Assembly (NCBI GenBank): GCA_028277945.1 | Contig: JANQFH010000068.1 | Coordinates: forward strand, 272,400-336,399 | Source of the DNA: Oligoflexia bacterium | GTDB lineage: Bacteria; Bdellovibrionota_G; JANQFH01 | DNA: 64,000 nucleotides | Reading direction: 5' to 3' | Position numbers and translations under genes: made by a program | Shown here: positions 19,825 to 30,356 of the stretch, piece after piece | Layout of the letters: each line of letters starts with the position of its first letter | Numbering within the stretch: the first letter of the stretch is position 1 | The notes under the pieces: generated by a model | Database searches by the model: none | Seen by the model: only the letters and a program-made list of their open reading frames with translations | What the model was told of the DNA's origin: nothing

Positions 19825-20997
19825 ATGAACGCCCTGGTCCTCGATACAGGGACGGAGGATTATCGCTCCGGGCGTGGCTTTGTGCGCAGACTGGTGCCCA
19901 CGCCCACCTTGAATGAGAGCAGCAGACCTGAGGACAAAGACCAGGTCATCGTCAAGATGCTCTACGGTGGCTTCTGTGGTTCGGACAAGGGGCTCTGGTT
20001 TCGCAACGCCTTTGGCGATCTTATCACCTCTGCCCTTAGCCGTGAGGGTAAGAATTGGCGTATCCCTGGACATGAGTTGCTTGGCCGTATTGTGGCTCTG
20101 GGTAGCAACGTCGAGAAGCACTATCCCTTTCGTTTAGGCGAGGTCGTCGCCGCAGAATCCCATCTCTTCTGTGGCCAATGTTACCAGTGCCGGCATGGGC
20201 AGCAGCACGTCTGTCAGAATGCCGAGATCATCGGTTTTACCTGCGATGGCTGTTTTGCCGAATACGTTAAGTTGCCTGCCAAGGTGCTGTGGCCGACCAA
20301 CGTGGATAAGATTCGTCCCGAAGTTGCCGCCCTGCAAGAGCCCTTTGGCAATGCCGTCCATGTGGCTTCATGCGTCGACCTTCGCGATAAGACCGTGTTG
20401 ATCTCTGGCTGCGGCAGTATTGGCCTCTTCTGTTTTCTCATTGCAAGGCAGCTTGGCGCAAAAAAGATCATTGGTGTTGACCCCATTGCCAAACAGTTAG
20501 AGCTCGCCACCAAGCTTGGTGCGGATGAGACGATTCTGTTAGACATCAAGCCACAAAAGGGTCTTTTCGCCGCCATGCCCGATGTTGTCGCTCAAGTCCA
20601 TGAGATGACCGACGGCCTTGGCGTTGATGTGGCTATGGAGATGGCGGGGTTTAATACTTCGCTGAACAATACTATTCAAGCGACCCGGCGTGGCGGTGAT
20701 ATCATTCTCTTTGGCATCAAGTCAGGCGATTTTGTGCTGCAGGACTACGCGGAACTTGTTCTGAGCGGTAAGCGCCTGCACTGCGTGATTGGTCGCCGCA
20801 TCTTTGATACTTGGAAGCAGGCACGCATGCTACTAGAGGCGAAAGACCGTAAGCTCCAGGGAAAAATCTATGAAGTCATCATGAATGGCGGCAAGGAGAC
20901 GATTCTCTCACTTGCTGACTTTACTGCGGCAGGTTTAGAAAAGGCCATGGATGAGCACATCAAAGTACTCATCCGTTTTGGAGAAGATCGTGTTTGA
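19825..20997 (+). CDS. tdh: L-threonine 3-dehydrogenase (Zn-dependent MDR family)
   Basis: Aligns to E. coli Tdh ('MNALVLD' ~ 'MKALSKL'; '[16 protein letters not shown]' structural-Zn Cys cluster; '[11 protein letters not shown]' ~ 'FDPFGNAVHTA'). The ORF-track start 19798 is probably too long. About 30-aa insertion near the N-terminus. Confidence 0.8.
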   Translation: MNALVLDTGTEDYRSGRGFVRRLVPTPTLNESSRPEDKDQVIVKMLYGGFCGSDKGLWFRNAFGDLITSALSREGKNWRIPGHELLGRIVALGSNVEKHYPFRLGEVVAAESHLFCGQCYQCRHGQQHVCQNAEIIGFTCDGCFAEYVKLPAKVLWPTNVDKIRPEVAALQEPFGNAVHVASCVDLRDKTVLISGCGSIGLFCFLIARQLGAKKIIGVDPIAKQLELATKLGADETILLDIKPQKGLFAAMPDVVAQVHEMTDGLGVDVAMEMAGFNTSLNNTIQATRRGGDIILFGIKSGDFVLQDYAELVLSGKRLHCVIGRRIFDTWKQARMLLEAKDRKLQGKIYEVIMNGGKETILSLADFTAAGLEKAMDEHIKVLIRFGEDRV

Positions 20998-22177
20998 TCA
21001 GGCAAAACAGCTCATCGAGACTCAGCTCAAAGAGATCCACGCGGCTGGCTTGTATAAGGCTGAGCGTGTTATCCAAACACCTCAGGATGCTATCATTCGC
21101 ACCTCTGCGGGTGAGGTGATCAACTTCTGTGCCAACAACTACCTTGGTCTGGCAAACAACCCTGAGGTTGCCAAGGCGGCGATTGCCTGGTTGCAAGAGG
21201 GTGGTTATGGCATGAGTTCTGTGCGCTTTATCTGCGGCACACACGCTGTTCATAAACAGCTTGAGCACAAGGTGAGTGAGTTTCTCGGCACGGAAGATAC
21301 CATTCTCTATACCTCTTGCTTTGATGCCAATGGCGGGCTGTTTGAAGTGTTGCTCACCGATCAAGATGCGGTAATCTCAGATGAGCTCAACCACGCCTCC
21401 ATCATTGATGGTATCCGTCTCTGTAAGGCCAAGCGCTTTCGTTACAAAAATAGCGATATGAACGATCTTGAGGTCAAGCTGAAAGAGGCAAAGGATTGCC
21501 GTTTGCGTCTCATTGCTACGGATAGCGTCTTTAGCATGGATGGTTATATTGCCAAGCTCAAGGAGATCTGCGATTTGGCCGATAAGTACTCTGCCATGGT
21601 GATGGTTGATGATTCACATGCCACCGGCTTTATGGGCGAACATGGTAGAGGTGGACCGGAAGTGTGTGGCGTGGAGGGACGTATTGATATGCTCACCTCC
21701 ACCTTTGGCAAAGCGCTTGGGGGTGCCTCAGGAGGTTTTACCACCGGCCATCAGCAGATTGTCGATATCTTGCGGCAGCGCTCGCGGCCCTACCTGTTCT
21801 CCAATGCCTTAGCGCCGATGATCGCTGCAGCCACCATCAAGGTGATCGATATGTTACAGCAGACCGGTGAGCTGCGTAAAAAGCTTATGCACAACACCAC
21901 TACCTTTCGTAAGGACATGGTAGAGGCCGGTTTTGAAATCAAACCAGGCACCCATCCGATTGTACCGGTGATGTTGGGCGAGGCCAAGCTGGCGCAGCAG
22001 ATGGCGGATGATTTGCTTAACGAGGGTATCTATGTCATCGGTTTTAGTTATCCCGTGGTACCTAAAGGCCAGGCGAGGATTCGCGTGCAGCTCTCTGCCG
22101 TGCATGAACAAGAACATCTCGATCGTGCCATTGCTGCCTTTACCACAGTTGGCAAGCGACATGGGGTGGTGTCGTGA
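20951..22177 (+). CDS. kbl: glycine C-acetyltransferase (2-amino-3-ketobutyrate CoA ligase)
   Basis: Near-collinear with E. coli Kbl ('[18 protein letters not shown]', 'SVRFICGT', '[15 protein letters not shown]', PLP Lys in 'TFGKALGG'). An alternative GTG start at 20990 would give an 8-nt overlap with tdh. Confidence 0.85.
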   Translation: MSTSKYSSVLEKIVFDQAKQLIETQLKEIHAAGLYKAERVIQTPQDAIIRTSAGEVINFCANNYLGLANNPEVAKAAIAWLQEGGYGMSSVRFICGTHAVHKQLEHKVSEFLGTEDTILYTSCFDANGGLFEVLLTDQDAVISDELNHASIIDGIRLCKAKRFRYKNSDMNDLEVKLKEAKDCRLRLIATDSVFSMDGYIAKLKEICDLADKYSAMVMVDDSHATGFMGEHGRGGPEVCGVEGRIDMLTSTFGKALGGASGGFTTGHQQIVDILRQRSRPYLFSNALAPMIAAATIKVIDMLQQTGELRKKLMHNTTTFRKDMVEAGFEIKPGTHPIVPVMLGEAKLAQQMADDLLNEGIYVIGFSYPVVPKGQARIRVQLSAVHEQEHLDRAIAAFTTVGKRHGVVS

Positions 22178-23472
22178 GCTTATATGCTGAGCAGATTCTC
22201 AAGATCGACACAGAGAACGCCTTCAAGATCGGTCCCTGCATTGCCGAAGTTGAGAAACAGGGTCGGCCAGTTATAAAGTGTAACCTCGGTGAGCCTGACT
22301 TTGATCTCTTCGATTACATCCGCACTGCCATCAAAGCGCAGATCGATCAGGGCAATACCCACTACTGTGATCCGCAAGGTGTCATCAACCTACGTCAGGC
22401 TGTAGCCAAACAGATGCAGACCATGCGCGGTCTTGATGTGAGCGCCGATCATGTGGTCATCTTTCCTGGTGGCAAGCCGCCGATATGGATGACCCAGCAG
22501 GCTTATCTTAACCCAGGCGATGAAGTCATCTACCCGTCTCCTGCCTTTCCTATTTATGAGTCGGTGATTCCGGTCTGTGGCGGTGTGCCCGTGCCCTTGC
22601 ATCTTAAAGAGGAGCAGGGTTTTAGCTTCACCGGTGAAGAGCTGGCCGGGTTGATCACGCCTAAAACCAAAATGATCTTTCTCAACTTCCCTTCCAATCC
22701 TACCGGTGGTGTTGCCACCGAGACGCAACTGCAGAGCATCGCCGCAGTCATTCGCGATAAGTGTGATGAGAACGTGCGCGTTTTTTCTGATGAGATCTAT
22801 GAGTACATTGTCTTTGATGATAAAAAGCACCTGAGCATTGCCTCGCTGCCGGAGATGCAGCAACGTACGATTGTCGTGAGCGGTACCAGCAAGACCTTTT
22901 CCTGGACAGGGGGGCGCATGGGTTGGGCCGTCTTTCCTACGGTGGAAGAGGCGAGGTTTTTTAAAAACCTCAACATCAATTTATTCTCCTGTGTACCGCC
23001 TTATAATCAAGAAGCCGCCGCCGTTGCCTTGAGTGCTCCGCAGCGTGAGGCAGCGGTTGCCAAGATGGTGCAAACCTTTCAGCAACGTCGTGACGTGGTT
23101 GTTGCCGGCCTTAATGCCATCGATGGCATCCACTGTGTCAATCCCTCTGGCGCCTTTTACGTCTTTCCCAATATTAGTGGCGTATGTGAGCGTATCGGTG
23201 CCATAGAAGCCTTTGCAAAGCTACCTGCAGAGATTCAAGCAAAGAGCAGTCCGAGTACGCTCTTCCAGCTCTTTGTGCTCTTCAAGCATCAGCTGGCCGC
23301 TATGGATCGCAACTCTTTTGGTAGAATTGGCAGTGCAGGCCAACACTATCTAAGACTTTCCATTGCTACCGACCTTGACTCTCTTAAAGAAGGTTTAAAT
23401 CGTTTGGCAACTGCTGCAGAAGATCGGCAGGGGTTTGCTGCGTTTATGCAAGAGGGTAGACACTTTTGTTAA
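22174..23472 (+). CDS. PLP-dependent aminotransferase, class I/II fold
   Basis: 432 aa. '[16 protein letters not shown]' (PLP-Lys block). 4-nt overlap with kbl. Confidence 0.75.
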   Translation: MSLYAEQILKIDTENAFKIGPCIAEVEKQGRPVIKCNLGEPDFDLFDYIRTAIKAQIDQGNTHYCDPQGVINLRQAVAKQMQTMRGLDVSADHVVIFPGGKPPIWMTQQAYLNPGDEVIYPSPAFPIYESVIPVCGGVPVPLHLKEEQGFSFTGEELAGLITPKTKMIFLNFPSNPTGGVATETQLQSIAAVIRDKCDENVRVFSDEIYEYIVFDDKKHLSIASLPEMQQRTIVVSGTSKTFSWTGGRMGWAVFPTVEEARFFKNLNINLFSCVPPYNQEAAAVALSAPQREAAVAKMVQTFQQRRDVVVAGLNAIDGIHCVNPSGAFYVFPNISGVCERIGAIEAFAKLPAEIQAKSSPSTLFQLFVLFKHQLAAMDRNSFGRIGSAGQHYLRLSIATDLDSLKEGLNRLATAAEDRQGFAAFMQEGRHFC

Positions 23473-23489
23473 TTTCGTGAGGGAATGCC

Positions 23490-24539
23490 ATGAACATCGC
23501 GCAAATTGAAGAGGTGCTTGGCGACGACCGCAAGCTGCTGGAACACGAGTGCAAGACTATTGCGCGTGCGCAGCTGCAGCTTCCGGGAGAAGATTTTATC
23601 GATAGGGTTTGGTCAGACTCAGACCGTCCCATTGGTGTACTCAAGAACTTAAACTGGCTCTTTAACCATGGACGTCTGGCTGGAACTGGCTATCTCTCGA
23701 TACTGCCAGTGGATCAAGGCATTGAACACTCAGCTGGAGCCTCCTTTGCTCCCAACCCGATCTACTTTGATCCAGACAACATCGTTAAACTGGCGATCGA
23801 AGGCGGCTGCAATGCCGTTGCTTCGACCTTTGGCGTCTTGGGCACAGTAGCACGCAAATACGCCTACCGCATTCCCTTTATTCTAAAGCTGAATCACAAT
23901 GAGCTGCTTACTTATCCTAATAGCTATGATCAGGTTCTCTTTGGCAATGTCGACAAGGCGTTTGCCATGGGCGCTGCAGGCGTCGGCGCTACCATTTATT
24001 TTGGCTCAGAGCAGTCGCGGCGGCAGATTGTTGAGATCAGTGAGGCCTTCTCATATGCGCATGAGCTCGGCATGTTTACGGTGTTGTGGTGTTATCTGCG
24101 CAACCCAGCCTTTAAAAAAGATAAAGACTACCATGTGGCTGCCGATCTTACCGGTCAGGCCAACCACCTTGGGGTGACCATTGAGGCCGATATCATCAAA
24201 CAGAAGTTGCCACAGAACAACGGTGGCTTTAATGCCATTAAGTTTGGTAAGACCAGTGCCAAAGTCTATGAGGAGCTAAGCAGTGACCATCCCATTGACC
24301 TCACCCGCTACCAGGTAGCGAACTGCTACATGGGGCGCGTTGGTTTGATCAACTCTGGAGGTGCATCAGGCAAGAATGATCTACACGATGCCGTCAAAAC
24401 CGCAGTGATCAACAAACGTGCCGGTGGCTGCGGTCTGATCTCAGGTCGCAAGGCATTTCAAAAGCCCATGTCTGAGGGAGTGGCCCTATTCAACGCCATC
24501 CAGGATGTCTATCTTGCCAAAGAAATCACCATCGCCTAG
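23490..24539 (+). CDS. fbaB: class I fructose-bisphosphate aldolase (FbaB/DhnA type)
   Basis: 349 aa, strongly collinear with E. coli FbaB ('[53 protein letters not shown]'). Confidence 0.85.
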   Translation: MNIAQIEEVLGDDRKLLEHECKTIARAQLQLPGEDFIDRVWSDSDRPIGVLKNLNWLFNHGRLAGTGYLSILPVDQGIEHSAGASFAPNPIYFDPDNIVKLAIEGGCNAVASTFGVLGTVARKYAYRIPFILKLNHNELLTYPNSYDQVLFGNVDKAFAMGAAGVGATIYFGSEQSRRQIVEISEAFSYAHELGMFTVLWCYLRNPAFKKDKDYHVAADLTGQANHLGVTIEADIIKQKLPQNNGGFNAIKFGKTSAKVYEELSSDHPIDLTRYQVANCYMGRVGLINSGGASGKNDLHDAVKTAVINKRAGGCGLISGRKAFQKPMSEGVALFNAIQDVYLAKEITIA

Positions 24540-24580
24540 TCTAGCGTCTCATACATTTTTACCGAGTCTTTAGATTTGTT

Positions 24581-24764
24581 AGAGGCAACTGGATTATTTT
24601 GCGACGCTCCTACGCTCCACCAGCTCGATTTGTTTACGGTCGCTCCGTCGGGGGCCCCTCCGCTTAACCTCCCTGCGGTCGGTATCGCGGCCTCCCCTTG
24701 ACGTAGCTCCCGAACAAATCGGCTGGCTCCGCAATGTCGCTTGCAAAACAACCCAGTTGCCTCT
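24581..24764. ncRNA. candidate structured RNA: 184-nt element closed by a 35-bp imperfect terminal helix with a nested second helix (strand undetermined)
   Basis: 5' 'AGAGGCAACTGGATTATTTTGCGACGCTCC' pairs with 3' 'GCTCCGCAATGTCGCTTGCAAAACAACCCAGTTGCCTCT'. The inner helix 'CCAGCTCGATTTGTT' pairs with 'GAACAAATCGGCTGG'. It lies in a 470-bp gene-free region with no credible ORF. Confidence 0.3.
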
Positions 24765-24821
24765 CCCACTCAAAAGACTTCGGTAAAATAAGTGATTCGT
24801 TAGTCGAGCAACGTTCTGGAT

Positions 24822-24963
24822 ATGCTGTGTCAGGTTCTCTGACGAGGCGTCTCGGAGGCGGCGGCATCCATGCTGATAATAGACGCCGACGCCGAGAGCC
24901 GAGCAGCCCGAGGCGGCGAAACGCCGAGGGACTGCGTCCTCGGAAGAGAACCTGACACAGCAT
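24822..24963. ncRNA. candidate structured element: 142-nt hairpin with perfect 18-bp closing stem and GC-rich interior helices
   Basis: 'ATGCTGTGTCAGGTTCTC' (24822-39) is the exact reverse complement of 'GAGAACCTGACACAGCAT' (24946-63). The interior has 'GCGTCTCGGAGGCGGCGGC' with its partner 'GCCGACGCCGAGAGC', and 'CCGAGGGACTGCGTCCTCGG'. Confidence 0.3.
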
Positions 24964-25009
24964 CCACAAAACGTGGAAAGAATTTATAAAATGTCTTGCA
25001 GACGTGGCT

Positions 25010-25543
25010 CTAGAATAGATACTTGATCGTCACGACCTGCCAATCAAAGATGAAGTTCTCTGTGCCAATGTTGTTGCCAAAGTTAAACAGGAAGTTGGTT
25101 CCCAGTGCTACCCGTGAGTTAAAGAAGTAATCTGCACCTAAGCCAAAACCGGCAAGAAAGGTGGTGTCGGTATCACCGTTGTCCAAGACGGCAAAACCCA
25201 TCTGTGCTTGGCCGTAAGGTTTCACCTGGCGGAAGAAATCAGAGTTGGCATCAATATCCCAGGTGTACTTGCCGACGCCTTGTAGGGTCCACATAAAAAA
25301 ACTCTCGACGTTAAAATTCGTTAAGCCGCCAATGGAGAAATGCTGGTCAATAAAATAGTCTGCTTCAAAGGCAAAGAGAAACGGGACATCGCCGCCAAGA
25401 ATACCAAAACCCAGGCCAAAACTGCCCAGCGTATGGCCGCTGCGTTCAATTTCGGTGTAGTCAAAGAACTGTGCTGCTGCTGGTAGGGCTGCTGCAGCCC
25501 ACAGAAACATGCTAAGGACAAGTGTTCGCGCCGCTCGTTTCAT
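25010..25543 (-). CDS. small outer-membrane beta-barrel protein (OmpW/OmpA-like porin family)
   Basis: 177 aa. Signal peptide 'MKRAARTLVLSMFLWAAAALPAAAQ'. Alternating amphipathic beta-strands. C-terminal '...VTIKYLF' with terminal Phe, the OMP targeting signature. Confidence 0.6.
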   Translation of the reverse strand: MKRAARTLVLSMFLWAAAALPAAAQFFDYTEIERSGHTLGSFGLGFGILGGDVPFLFAFEADYFIDQHFSIGGLTNFNVESFFMWTLQGVGKYTWDIDANSDFFRQVKPYGQAQMGFAVLDNGDTDTTFLAGFGLGADYFFNSRVALGTNFLFNFGNNIGTENFIFDWQVVTIKYLF

Positions 25544-25627
25544 TTTGCTTACCCCTCTACTCAGATATGCTGGTCAGGGTAAACAAGAAAGCCTAGGATT
25601 GCAAGCTTGTGTTGCATAGAGTAAGTA

Positions 25628-26047
25628 TTGCGCATGGCTTGTGTTCACAAGAGCTTTGTCGTGCAAACCAACGCACATAACGAAGTGATTGATATCACCC
25701 CCACAGTAGAGGATCTGCTGGCTACCAGTGGAGTGAAACAGGGTCAGTGTACGGTGTACACGCCGCACGCTACTGCCGCCATTACCATCAACGAGAATGC
25801 CGATCCCAATATCGGTGTCGATCTCATAGCGGCTTTAAAGAAGTGCGTTGTTGAGCACGACAATTGGCTGCATGACCGCATTGATAACAACGCCGCAGCC
25901 CATATCAAGGCGGCGATCATTGGTCCCTCCGTTACCATACCGATCAACAAGGGCAAACTTACGCTGGGAACCTGGCAGAACCTCTTTCTCTGCGAATTTG
26001 ATGGCCCCCGCCAGAGACGCCAGGTGCTGGTGTCGATCCTTTCTTAA
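25628..26047 (+). CDS. yjbQ: YjbQ/UPF0047 family protein (secondary thiamine-phosphate synthase-like)
   Basis: 139 aa. 'IDITPTVEDLL...GQCTVYTPHATAAITINENADP...HIKAAIIGPS' matches the conserved YjbQ blocks. Confidence 0.75.
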   Translation: MRMACVHKSFVVQTNAHNEVIDITPTVEDLLATSGVKQGQCTVYTPHATAAITINENADPNIGVDLIAALKKCVVEHDNWLHDRIDNNAAAHIKAAIIGPSVTIPINKGKLTLGTWQNLFLCEFDGPRQRRQVLVSILS

Positions 26048-26136
26048 TGGCTAATACACTGTTACGAAAGAGCGTTTCTTTATACTTGACTCGACGCATT
26101 ATCTACGATAGTCTCTCTGGCAGTTTAGGGGGAATC

Positions 26137-27543
26137 ATGGCCGTGCCCCATAGATGCCGTCTGCCTGGTATCTTTCTGGTGCTGTTGTGTGCCAGCCTAA
26201 GCAGCCTCGTCCCAAATCCCGCCAAAGCCAACAATAATATTGCTCTTCTAAGGGGTCTAGAAATTGAAGCCAACCTCTTTAGAGAGGGGGATGATAGAGG
26301 CCTGTCCGTCGAAGTTTACCAGAATGGGTCAAACTGGCCCTTGGTAGAGCTGCGTCTCTTTAACCGCAAGCGACACAACCGGCCTTTTCAGGAAGACAGC
26401 TGGTACTGTGAACAACACCCTTCATTGGGTATGCAGTTTTTCCTTGGGACAAATGAGATCGTTAGTGCGCAGAAACAGTATGATCTAGATTACTTGATGG
26501 CGCTCCTTATTGAGCCCAACTATGATTTGCCGGACTCTGCTGAACTCAAGAAATCCGATGGCAAGCCAGCAGATCCTACGTTGTTGGCAGAACTGCGAGA
26601 CCATGTTCATGTGGAGAGGCCGGCGAAGGTGCGGCGTTATACACAAGCAAGCAAGAGCAGCCGGTACATGCGACTCTCTATTGCCGGGCAGCAGTTCATG
26701 GTAGGTTACCAGGTCACAAAAGAAAAGGATGTCTACAAGAAAGAACTGCGCTCGCTGCACATTGAAGATAAGCTCATCGATTTCACTGGTGAGGTTGGAG
26801 GTGATCCCATCGACGGCTGGGATGAGGGTGCTGTTGCCCATTATGTGGATCAGGTGCCAGAAGCACTGCAACTCAATACCTTGTTTGCAAGCCTTGATCA
26901 TCCCGATGCTCTCGATTGGTTGCCATGGTTTGGAATCATTAACAGCAGATACGGTAAAGATCATGAACGCTTCCAGATTCCAGCGTGGCTGCAGAGGGTG
27001 AACGAAGAGACCGCGCGACTCACAAAAACAGATGGTACAGAGGTTGAGTTGAGTCGTCCGTGCCCCCTTTGGCCAGAAGAGCGACATGCTTTTAAGGTGA
27101 AGAATGATACCCATACGTTGCTGGTGATCTCGGCAAATGGCTCAGCTGATCAGAAACATGAGATTGCCTACGAATACTGGCCTAATGGCGAGGTACATAA
27201 AAAACAGCAAGGTATGATCTCTATAGAGGGTGACCTTCCAACGGGTGTCATGACTGCATATAGTTTTGACAGCGAAATTGAAAGAAGGACAAGCAAACCC
27301 CGACAGCGGCTTGTGTTTGGTTTTGCTGGTTTTCATTTTGATGTCCTCTACGGCTTCGATCGTCAAAATCGACGTTTTCCCATTGCCATTAAGATTGATC
27401 CCCGTGATGATCAGGTGGCCGCGCGAGTTAACTTTAACGCCTGGACTGATGGTGATCCCGGGAAAAGAATTCAATCAATCGAATCGCTTCCGGCATCGCC
27501 AAGCGAAGTCGGAGACGAAACGTTGGCACTGTCCGCTCCATAA
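26137..27543 (+). CDS. secreted hypothetical protein
   Basis: Internal ATG 26137 has a good RBS (AGGGGGAA) and gives the signal peptide 'MAVPHRCRLPGIFLVLLCASLSSLVPNPAKA'. No recognisable domain. Convergent overlap with the next gene. Confidence 0.5.
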   Translation: MAVPHRCRLPGIFLVLLCASLSSLVPNPAKANNNIALLRGLEIEANLFREGDDRGLSVEVYQNGSNWPLVELRLFNRKRHNRPFQEDSWYCEQHPSLGMQFFLGTNEIVSAQKQYDLDYLMALLIEPNYDLPDSAELKKSDGKPADPTLLAELRDHVHVERPAKVRRYTQASKSSRYMRLSIAGQQFMVGYQVTKEKDVYKKELRSLHIEDKLIDFTGEVGGDPIDGWDEGAVAHYVDQVPEALQLNTLFASLDHPDALDWLPWFGIINSRYGKDHERFQIPAWLQRVNEETARLTKTDGTEVELSRPCPLWPEERHAFKVKNDTHTLLVISANGSADQKHEIAYEYWPNGEVHKKQQGMISIEGDLPTGVMTAYSFDSEIERRTSKPRQRLVFGFAGFHFDVLYGFDRQNRRFPIAIKIDPRDDQVAARVNFNAWTDGDPGKRIQSIESLPASPSEVGDETLALSAP

Positions 27544-28709
27544 GCAATACGCCCGTAAGAAATACGATAGACGACACCCGCATAATCATCCGAGACCAAC
27601 AACGCTCCATCGGGCATTACCAACAGATCCACGGGTCGTCCCCACACACCATCAGGCTGCAACCAGCCAGAGGCAAAGACGCTATAGTTGAGAGCGCGAT
27701 TCTGCTTTAGCGTTACCATAGTGACCCGGTAGCCGATGGGTCGAGAGCGATTCCACGAGCCGTGTTCGGCAATAAAGATCTGCTCGCGAAAGCGCTCCGG
27801 GAACATCTTGCCAGTGTAAAAGCGCATTCCCAAAGAAGCCACGTGCGGCCCGAGCTTCTGGGCGGGTGGGGTGAACTCTTTGCAGGCGCGTTTCTTGCCA
27901 AACTTGGGATCGGCAAAATCGCCGCCATGGCAGTAGGGAAAACCAAAGTGCATACCCTGTTTGGGCGCATGGTTGAGCTCATCGGGTGGCAGATCATCTC
28001 CCAACCAGTCACGGCCATTGTCGGTAAACCAAAGCTCCTTGGTGCGTGGGTGCCAGGCAAAACCAACGCTGTTGCGCACTCCGTGCGCAAAAATTTGCAG
28101 GCCGCTACCATTGTGCTGCATGCGTAGGATGCTGGCAAAACGCTTGTCCTTACGCTCACACACATTACAAGGCGCACCTACGGGAACATAAAGCAGGCCG
28201 TCTGGACCAAAGGCGATGAACTTCCAACCGTGATGGGCCTTTTTAGGTAGGCTGTCCAGGACGACTTTGGGTTTAGGGGGATTGGCAAGTCTTTGCTCAA
28301 TATTATCGTAGCGCAAAATGCGGTTAACTTCAGCCACGTAGAGTGCACCAGCGCGCAAGGCAACACCGTTGGGCAAGTTTAATCCGCGGGCAATCGTATA
28401 AACTTTGTCCGCACGTTGATCCTGGTTGCTGTCAACCACGGCGTAAACCTTGCCCTTTGCGCGTGTGCCAACAAAGAGCGTGCCGTTTTTGCCCCGCGCA
28501 AGCGAGCGTGCTCCTGGAAGATCCTTGGCAAAGTAATCAATATGAAATCCCTTGGGTAGCTTTATCTTGTCAAGACCAGCTGGATTGTTTGCCGCCAACA
28601 GCAGCGTACCGTTAAAGAGAGCCTCGGTGATGATGACTAGCAGCAGTAGCTTAGTGCCGTGCGATCGCATTATCAACTCCTGTTTAGATACGGTCACGCA
28701 TGTAACCAC
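27471..28709 (-). CDS. PQQ-dependent soluble sugar (glucose/sorbosone) dehydrogenase, beta-propeller
   Basis: 412 aa, signal peptide. 'HNGSGLQIFAHGVRNSVGFAWHPRTKELWFTDNGRDWLGDDLPPDELNH' matches YliI/GSDH family blocks. Confidence 0.8.
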   Translation of the reverse strand: MVTCVTVSKQELIMRSHGTKLLLLVIITEALFNGTLLLAANNPAGLDKIKLPKGFHIDYFAKDLPGARSLARGKNGTLFVGTRAKGKVYAVVDSNQDQRADKVYTIARGLNLPNGVALRAGALYVAEVNRILRYDNIEQRLANPPKPKVVLDSLPKKAHHGWKFIAFGPDGLLYVPVGAPCNVCERKDKRFASILRMQHNGSGLQIFAHGVRNSVGFAWHPRTKELWFTDNGRDWLGDDLPPDELNHAPKQGMHFGFPYCHGGDFADPKFGKKRACKEFTPPAQKLGPHVASLGMRFYTGKMFPERFREQIFIAEHGSWNRSRPIGYRVTMVTLKQNRALNYSVFASGWLQPDGVWGRPVDLLVMPDGALLVSDDYAGVVYRISYGRIAYGADSANVSSPTSLGDAGSDSID

Positions 28710-29409
28710 AACACATATTGGCAGGTACGGCCACGTCTATTTTTAATGGTTCTTCAAGGTTGAGCTGGTCCATTATAGTTATGAACTCTTGCTTGCTCTT
28801 GCCTTTGCCAAGACGTGGGTTGTAGCGCTTTTCTTCACCAATCGTTGAGATCGTATAGCCGTTGTAATCGTGGGCAGGGTAGACGAGCGTCGCATCCGGT
28901 AGAGTAAAGAGCTTTTGCGTCACGCTCTCATACAAGGTTGCGGCATCGCCCTCTTGGAAATCCGTCCTGCCGGTGCCGCGGATAAACAACGCATCCCCGG
29001 TAAATGCCATACCGTCGACATAGTAGCTCATGCAGCCGTTGGTGTGTCCCGGGGTGGCTAGCGCTTTAATCTTGTAGCTACCGAGTTCTATGGTGTCACC
29101 ATCATTGAGCAACAGATCAGCACAATCAACCTCCGTTGCCTTACCGGCGACAATCTTGGCAGCAAAGTGTTCTTTGAGTTTTGCCGCACCGGTAATGTGA
29201 TCGGCGTGGATGTGGGTTTCCATAATATAGTGCAGTTGGATGTTCAGCTCTTCAATGCAGCGCCTGTCGCGTTCATACTTCTCTACGACAGGATCGATGA
29301 TGGCAGCAGCACAGCTCTCAGCGTCAATAAGGAGATAGGTGTAGGTAAAGGACTCGTTATCAAAGAGCTGCCGCACTCTAAGCGTTGGTTGGTGAGAAGG
29401 AGCCATCAC
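28684..29409 (-). CDS. MBL-fold metallo-hydrolase, ETHE1-like (persulfide dioxygenase / glyoxalase II-like)
   Basis: 241 aa. 'THIHADHITG' HxHxDH motif. ETHE1-like N-terminus 'FTYTYLLID'. Confidence 0.7.
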   Translation of the reverse strand: MMAPSHQPTLRVRQLFDNESFTYTYLLIDAESCAAAIIDPVVEKYERDRRCIEELNIQLHYIMETHIHADHITGAAKLKEHFAAKIVAGKATEVDCADLLLNDGDTIELGSYKIKALATPGHTNGCMSYYVDGMAFTGDALFIRGTGRTDFQEGDAATLYESVTQKLFTLPDATLVYPAHDYNGYTISTIGEEKRYNPRLGKGKSKQEFITIMDQLNLEEPLKIDVAVPANMCCGYMRDRI

Positions 29410-29421
29410 CCTGTTCCCTTA

Positions 29422-30351
29422 TCAATAACCCCGCTTTCGATCAACTAGGTTTAGCAGTGGCTCACCACGCTGAGAGCGCTGGTAGTTTTCAAAAACCTGG
29501 GCAGCGATGGCCTCTTGATCGCTGCGGCCGGCAATGTGAGGTGTTATGGTGATCTTTGGCTGTTCCCAGAAGGGATGGTCTGTGGGTAGGGGCTCTTGTT
29601 GAAAGACATCCAAACAGGCACCGCACAGTTGTCCTTGATCAAGTGCCGTGAGTAAATCCGCTTCGACTAGGTGTTCACCACGGCCAGCGTGAACGAGATA
29701 AACTCCATGGGGGAGCTGCGCGAAAGTATCTCTATTGAGGATACCGCGGGTTTCCGGCGTAAGTGGCAGCAGGCAGATGAGGTAGTTTAATGGCTGCAAG
29801 AACTCTGGCAACTGCTCGTTGCCATGAAAGCAGCGCACTCCATCGATCTGCTTTGCATTACTGCTCCAGCCATAAGTCCTGAAGCCAGAGAGACTGCAGA
29901 GCTGTGCAGCTCTGGTGCCGATTTTGCCTAATCCCATGATGCCGACGACAGTTTCGTGGGCTTTCCTTGTTTTGAGATAACGCCACTCTTGTCGCTGTTG
30001 ATGCTCACGGTAGAGTGGCAGGCTGCGGTAGTGGCTGAGCAGCACCGCTAGCGTATAGTGTGCGGTTTCGGCGACAAGGCGTTCATCGACACAGCGTACG
30101 ATCGGGATGTCAGGCGCAAGATCGGGGTCATTGATAATGTGATCCACACCAGCACCGTAAGAACAGATGAGCTTCAGGTTTGCATAGCATTTGAGAATGC
30201 CAGTAGGGTGGTTCCAAGAGAGAACACACTGGATATCCGCAACCTCACCATCGTCTGGCCAAATGCGAACATCGAGATTGTCGTCTAGGCTCTGCAGAAC
30301 AGCGACGAGATTTCTTGGGTCAATCGCAGGCGCTGCAATGAGGATGGCCAT
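29422..30351 (-). CDS. D-isomer-specific 2-hydroxyacid dehydrogenase (GhrA-like, NAD(P)-binding)
   Basis: 309 aa. Rossmann 'GIMGLGKIGTRAA'. Catalytic 'ITPHIAGRS' His motif. Confidence 0.8.
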   Translation of the reverse strand: MAILIAAPAIDPRNLVAVLQSLDDNLDVRIWPDDGEVADIQCVLSWNHPTGILKCYANLKLICSYGAGVDHIINDPDLAPDIPIVRCVDERLVAETAHYTLAVLLSHYRSLPLYREHQQRQEWRYLKTRKAHETVVGIMGLGKIGTRAAQLCSLSGFRTYGWSSNAKQIDGVRCFHGNEQLPEFLQPLNYLICLLPLTPETRGILNRDTFAQLPHGVYLVHAGRGEHLVEADLLTALDQGQLCGACLDVFQQEPLPTDHPFWEQPKITITPHIAGRSDQEAIAAQVFENYQRSQRGEPLLNLVDRKRGY

Positions 30352-30356
30352 ACGGG

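Noticed and set aside
221-22863. Numerous overlapping or antisense ORFs in the track (for example 221..601 -, 8730..9383 +, 11713..12357 -, 16787..17254 -, 19783..20121 -, 22390..22863 -)
   Set aside because: Each lies wholly within a longer ORF with clear homology on the other strand or frame. They are typical high-GC spurious ORFs.
24581-24764. 6S RNA (ssrS) assignment for the 184-nt rod-like element
   Set aside because: Length and closing-helix architecture are suggestive, but I cannot define the central bubble or the strand, and the genomic context is not the usual one. It is left as an unnamed candidate ncRNA.
24822-24963. Possible hammerhead ribozyme: 'CUGACGAG' (CUGANGA) and 'GCGAAAC' (GAAA) boxes flanked by a stem I-like 18-bp helix
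   Set aside because: The spacing between the two boxes is about 85 nt. No U-H cleavage dinucleotide follows the stem III-like hairpin (the sequence is ...CCUCGG-AAG-AGAACC). Stem II pairing is irregular. It is kept only as a generic structured-element finding.
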